Shown here: one piece after another, positions 61,385-64,000 of the stretch | How positions within the stretch are numbered: the first letter of the stretch is position 1 | How the letters are laid out: the number at the start of each line of letters is the position of its first letter | Notes under the pieces: model-generated | Databases searched by the model: none | Told to the model about the DNA's origin: nothing | Seen by the model: only the letters and a program-made list of their open reading frames with translations | Program-made: the position numbers and the translations under genes | Assembly (NCBI GenBank): GCA_049518415.1 | Contig: JBEKRX010000017.1 | Coordinates: 82,305 to 146,304, forward strand | Length of the DNA stretch: 64,000 nt | Direction: 5' to 3' | Origin: Verrucomicrobiota bacterium | Lineage (GTDB): Bacteria; Verrucomicrobiota; Verrucomicrobiia; Limisphaerales; UBA8199

Positions 61385-62530
61385 ATGAAAGTCGCCGTGC
61401 TCATCCGCCGCTACATTACCACGGGGGGGGCGGAGCGTTACGCCGTGGAGGTGGCGCGGCGGCTGGCCAAGGGGCACGAGGTCCATGTCTTTGCGCAGGA
61501 GTGGGACCATGAGCCCGCCGGGATGGTCCTGCATCGCGTCTCCCGGCCAGTGCGCAAGCCCAATTACCTCAACGCGTGGTGGTTTTCCTGGCGCGCCGCC
61601 AGGCTGGCCCGGGGGTTCGACGTGGTCTATTCGCACGAGCGGGTCACCCGATTTGACGTGATGAACATTCACTGCGGCACGTTTGTGGGCGGGCTTTGGG
61701 GCGCCGAGCGCAGCGAACCGAAAGGGGCTTTCCGCACTTGGCTCAAGCTCCTGACCGGACCGAGTATCTGGAGTCACTGGCTCCTGGAGAGATGCAACAA
61801 CCGCCTGGCCCCGGGCCGGTTCTGGGTGGCGGATTCCCAAATGGTGAAGCGGGAGGTCCAACGCTACTATCCGATCCCTGAGGAGCGCTTTTTCATCGCT
61901 CCCTCGGGGGTGGACGCCCCGGTGCCGGACGCCGCCCGAAGGCGGGCCGAGTGGCGGGGCAGGCTGGGCTTCAAGGAGCATGACGTGGTGGCGTTGTTCG
62001 TGGGTTCGGAGTTTCGGAGGAAAGGCCTCGGCGCCCTCATCGAGGCCCTGGGGAGGTTGGGCGACCGCGGGCCCAGGCTGCTGGTCGTCGGCGGCCAGGA
62101 CCGCACAGCCTATGAGCGGCGCGCCGCCCAGTTGCAGGCCGGCCAGCGCATCACCTGGGCCGGCCCCGTAAACAATATCCAGGACTATTACGCCCTGGCT
62201 GACATCTTCGTCCTGCCGACGCTCTCCGACCCCTCGCCCCTGGCGCCGTTGGAAGCGATGGCCTACGGGTGCGCCACGGTGGTGAGCTGCGGGCGCTTTA
62301 CGGGGGCGGCCGAACTGGCCAGCCGCGGCGAGGCGCTCTTGCTGCAAGACCCGAGGGACCCGTGCGAGCTCGCCAAGGCCCTGGAATCCCTTATGGACCC
62401 CGCCACACGCAGAGGCTACGCCGAACGGGGGCGGCAACTAAGCCGGCAATGGTCGTGGGACCGCACCGCGGAGGTGGTCCTGGCCGCGCTCGAAAAATCC
62501 GCGCGCGAACGTGGCCGGGCATGCTCCTGA
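61385..62530 (+). CDS. Glycosyltransferase (GT-B, Glycos_transf_1 / GT4-like)
   Basis: MKVAVLIRRYITTGGAERYAVEVARRLAKGHEVHVF is the N-terminus. C-terminal region: FVGSEFRRKGL..LPTLSDPSPLAPLEAMAYGCATV (E-x7-E region). Confidence 0.85.
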   Translation: MKVAVLIRRYITTGGAERYAVEVARRLAKGHEVHVFAQEWDHEPAGMVLHRVSRPVRKPNYLNAWWFSWRAARLARGFDVVYSHERVTRFDVMNIHCGTFVGGLWGAERSEPKGAFRTWLKLLTGPSIWSHWLLERCNNRLAPGRFWVADSQMVKREVQRYYPIPEERFFIAPSGVDAPVPDAARRRAEWRGRLGFKEHDVVALFVGSEFRRKGLGALIEALGRLGDRGPRLLVVGGQDRTAYERRAAQLQAGQRITWAGPVNNIQDYYALADIFVLPTLSDPSPLAPLEAMAYGCATVVSCGRFTGAAELASRGEALLLQDPRDPCELAKALESLMDPATRRGYAERGRQLSRQWSWDRTAEVVLAALEKSARERGRACS

Positions 62531-62540
62531 AAGCTAACGC

Positions 62541-63437
62541 TTAGAATCTTTGGTCGCAACATCCACGTTTTTGCGTGAATGTCTTGGCATGTTTCCTTTG
62601 GAGGGGCCTGATTCTTCGGCGCGGAGCGCCGCATTTAACGCGGCGGGGAAAGGCCCACGTTGCTCTTCGGTCGCGCGGGCCGCCGGTATCGCCGGAATTG
62701 CGCAAGTCAACCGTCCGGGCGCGCAAGCCGCGCCGGCGGGCGGCCTGGAGCAAGCCGCAGATGGGTCGCCGGCCACAGGCGCCCTCCTCGCGGATGTCTT
62801 CCGGCGCCAGGGCCTCGATGGCCCTGGCCGTGGCGCTGTCCAGTTGCCGGGCGATGGCGGGCGTGCAGTAATGGCTGAGGTCGGAGCTGATGACGATGCA
62901 GGTTTCCGCCCCGCCCCAGAGCGCCTCCAAGACCTGGCTGATGGCTTGGGTGTCGGCTTGGCCGGCCAGCAGCGGGACGAGCGCAAAGCCGCTCAGCAGA
63001 GTCTGCAGGAACGGCAATTGCACCTCCAGCGCGTGCTCCCGGGCGTGGGCTTGGTCATGCACCACAACTTGCGCAAGCGAGGCCAGTTGCCGGCCGGCCT
63101 CGGCATCCACCGGCACCAGGCCCAGGGGCGTCGCAAAGGCCGAGGCGGAGACCGCGGCCAGGCCGTCAAAGGCAGCCCGATGCGACGGCCCCAGCAGAAC
63201 AACACGTTCGATCGTGTCCCGCGCCGGCGCCAGGAGCGCGTAGGCCGAGGCGGCGACAGGACCGGAGAACTGGTAGCCGGCGTGCGGCACGATGAGGGCC
63301 TTGGGCGCCGGCCCGGCTACGGACGGCGCATTGGCGAGCAGGGACCCGATCATACTGCGCAATTCGTCCGGGTCGCTCGGATAAAACCAGCCGGCAACTG
63401 CGGGCGGACGAACGCCCTTCGGTTGGATGTCATTCAT
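62541..63437 (-). CDS. AmmeMemoRadiSam system protein B (Memo-like) with atypical C-terminal tail
   Basis: RPPAVAGWFYPSDPDELR, LIVPHAGYQFSGPVAASAY, EHALEVQLPFLQ and ISSDLSHY. ATG 63437 overlaps the upstream stop (ATGA). The last ~45 aa (RRVKCGAPRRRIRPLQRKHAKTF...) look non-native. Confidence 0.8.
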   Translation of the reverse strand: MNDIQPKGVRPPAVAGWFYPSDPDELRSMIGSLLANAPSVAGPAPKALIVPHAGYQFSGPVAASAYALLAPARDTIERVVLLGPSHRAAFDGLAAVSASAFATPLGLVPVDAEAGRQLASLAQVVVHDQAHAREHALEVQLPFLQTLLSGFALVPLLAGQADTQAISQVLEALWGGAETCIVISSDLSHYCTPAIARQLDSATARAIEALAPEDIREEGACGRRPICGLLQAARRRGLRARTVDLRNSGDTGGPRDRRATWAFPRRVKCGAPRRRIRPLQRKHAKTFTQKRGCCDQRF

Positions 63438-64000
63438 CTCATTAAGAGCCAGAGGCCCGGAATGGGTGTCCGACACTTGGGACACTGCCCGGCCGGCGTG
63501 AGGTTGTATTCGCGCACCTGGTAGCCGCAGCGGGCAATCAATCGCTCGTGGCATTTCGGGCACCAGGTGTCTTCCCAGGCGCCGACCCGGCCGGCGGCGT
63601 TGCCGGCATAGACGAAGCGCAGCCCCTCTGCGGCGCCAATTTCGGCCGCCCGCACAAGCTGCGCCGCGGTGGTGTTGGGCGGCCCGGTCATCTTGTAGTC
63701 CTGGTGGAACGCGGTGACGTGCCAGGGGATGTCGGGGCTCACCGAACGTATAAACCGCGCCATCTGGCGCACTTCCTCCTCGCGGTCGTTAAACCCGGGC
63801 ACCAGCAGGGTCACGATTTCCAGCCACAGCCCGCGGGCGTGGACCATCCGGATGCCCTCGGTGACGTGTTCGAGCGTGCCGCCCAGCGAGCGGTAGCGCC
63901 GGTCATCGAAACTCTTCAAATCGATCTTGTAGGCAGCCATCCACGGGCGCAGCAAATCCAGCGCCTCAGCCGTGGCGTTGCCGTTGGACACGAAGGCGCA
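63434..64000 (-). CDS. AmmeMemoRadiSam system radical SAM enzyme, C-terminal part (continues beyond right edge)
   Basis: SNGNATAEALDLLRPWMAAYKIDLKSF, EIVTLLVPGFND, and C-terminal CPKCHERL..CPKCRTPIPG. The frame is open to the window end. Confidence 0.85.
   Translation of the reverse strand, partial: CAFVSNGNATAEALDLLRPWMAAYKIDLKSFDDRRYRSLGGTLEHVTEGIRMVHARGLWLEIVTLLVPGFNDREEEVRQMARFIRSVSPDIPWHVTAFHQDYKMTGPPNTTAAQLVRAAEIGAAEGLRFVYAGNAAGRVGAWEDTWCPKCHERLIARCGYQVREYNLTPAGQCPKCRTPIPGLWLLMR

Noticed and set aside
59185-62437. 658-aa plus ORF opposite the ABC exporter, and 402-aa minus ORF opposite the glycosyltransferase
   Set aside because: These are antisense shadows. Walker A, the signature motif, Walker B and the GT-B motifs identify the true frames.

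Overview
High-GC (roughly 60-65% by eye) chromosomal segment. The gene content looks like a PVC-group bacterium, most likely Verrucomicrobiota: prepilin-type N-terminal proteins, a 1790-aa autotransporter-associated beta-strand-repeat protein, several PQQ-like beta-propellers, many Tat signals and several glycoside hydrolases. About 50 genes are supportable. Housekeeping: zwf-pgl, accA-manA, bioF/bioA, hpf, parA, and an LPS/envelope set (MraY/WecA-like, MsbA-like ABC exporter, glycosyltransferase). Accessory: GH31, GH2, a type II R-M pair, an ArsA-like ATPase and a KaiC-like ATPase. I found no rRNA, intact tRNA or CRISPR array.

Five things stand out:
1. A 0.53-kb cassette with terminal inverted repeats and a 14-bp flanking duplication carries a four-helix-bundle (Avd / 23S-IVS-protein family) gene and sits between bioF and bioA.
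2. An uncharacterised minus-strand operon (3170-8496) combines Tat-exported Fe-S proteins, an NHL propeller, a NapH-like polyferredoxin and a membrane-anchored PQQ-like propeller.
3. Intergenic DNA holds unusually many mosaic short-tandem-repeat modules and hairpin-rich repeat families, and one family member is inserted in frame in bioA.
4. A decay and rearrangement hotspot at 256-998 includes a 259-bp inverted duplicate of a gene end 30 kb away.
5. A PQQ propeller is interrupted by an apparently circularly permuted malectin domain.

All family calls rest on motif recognition by eye. No database search was run.
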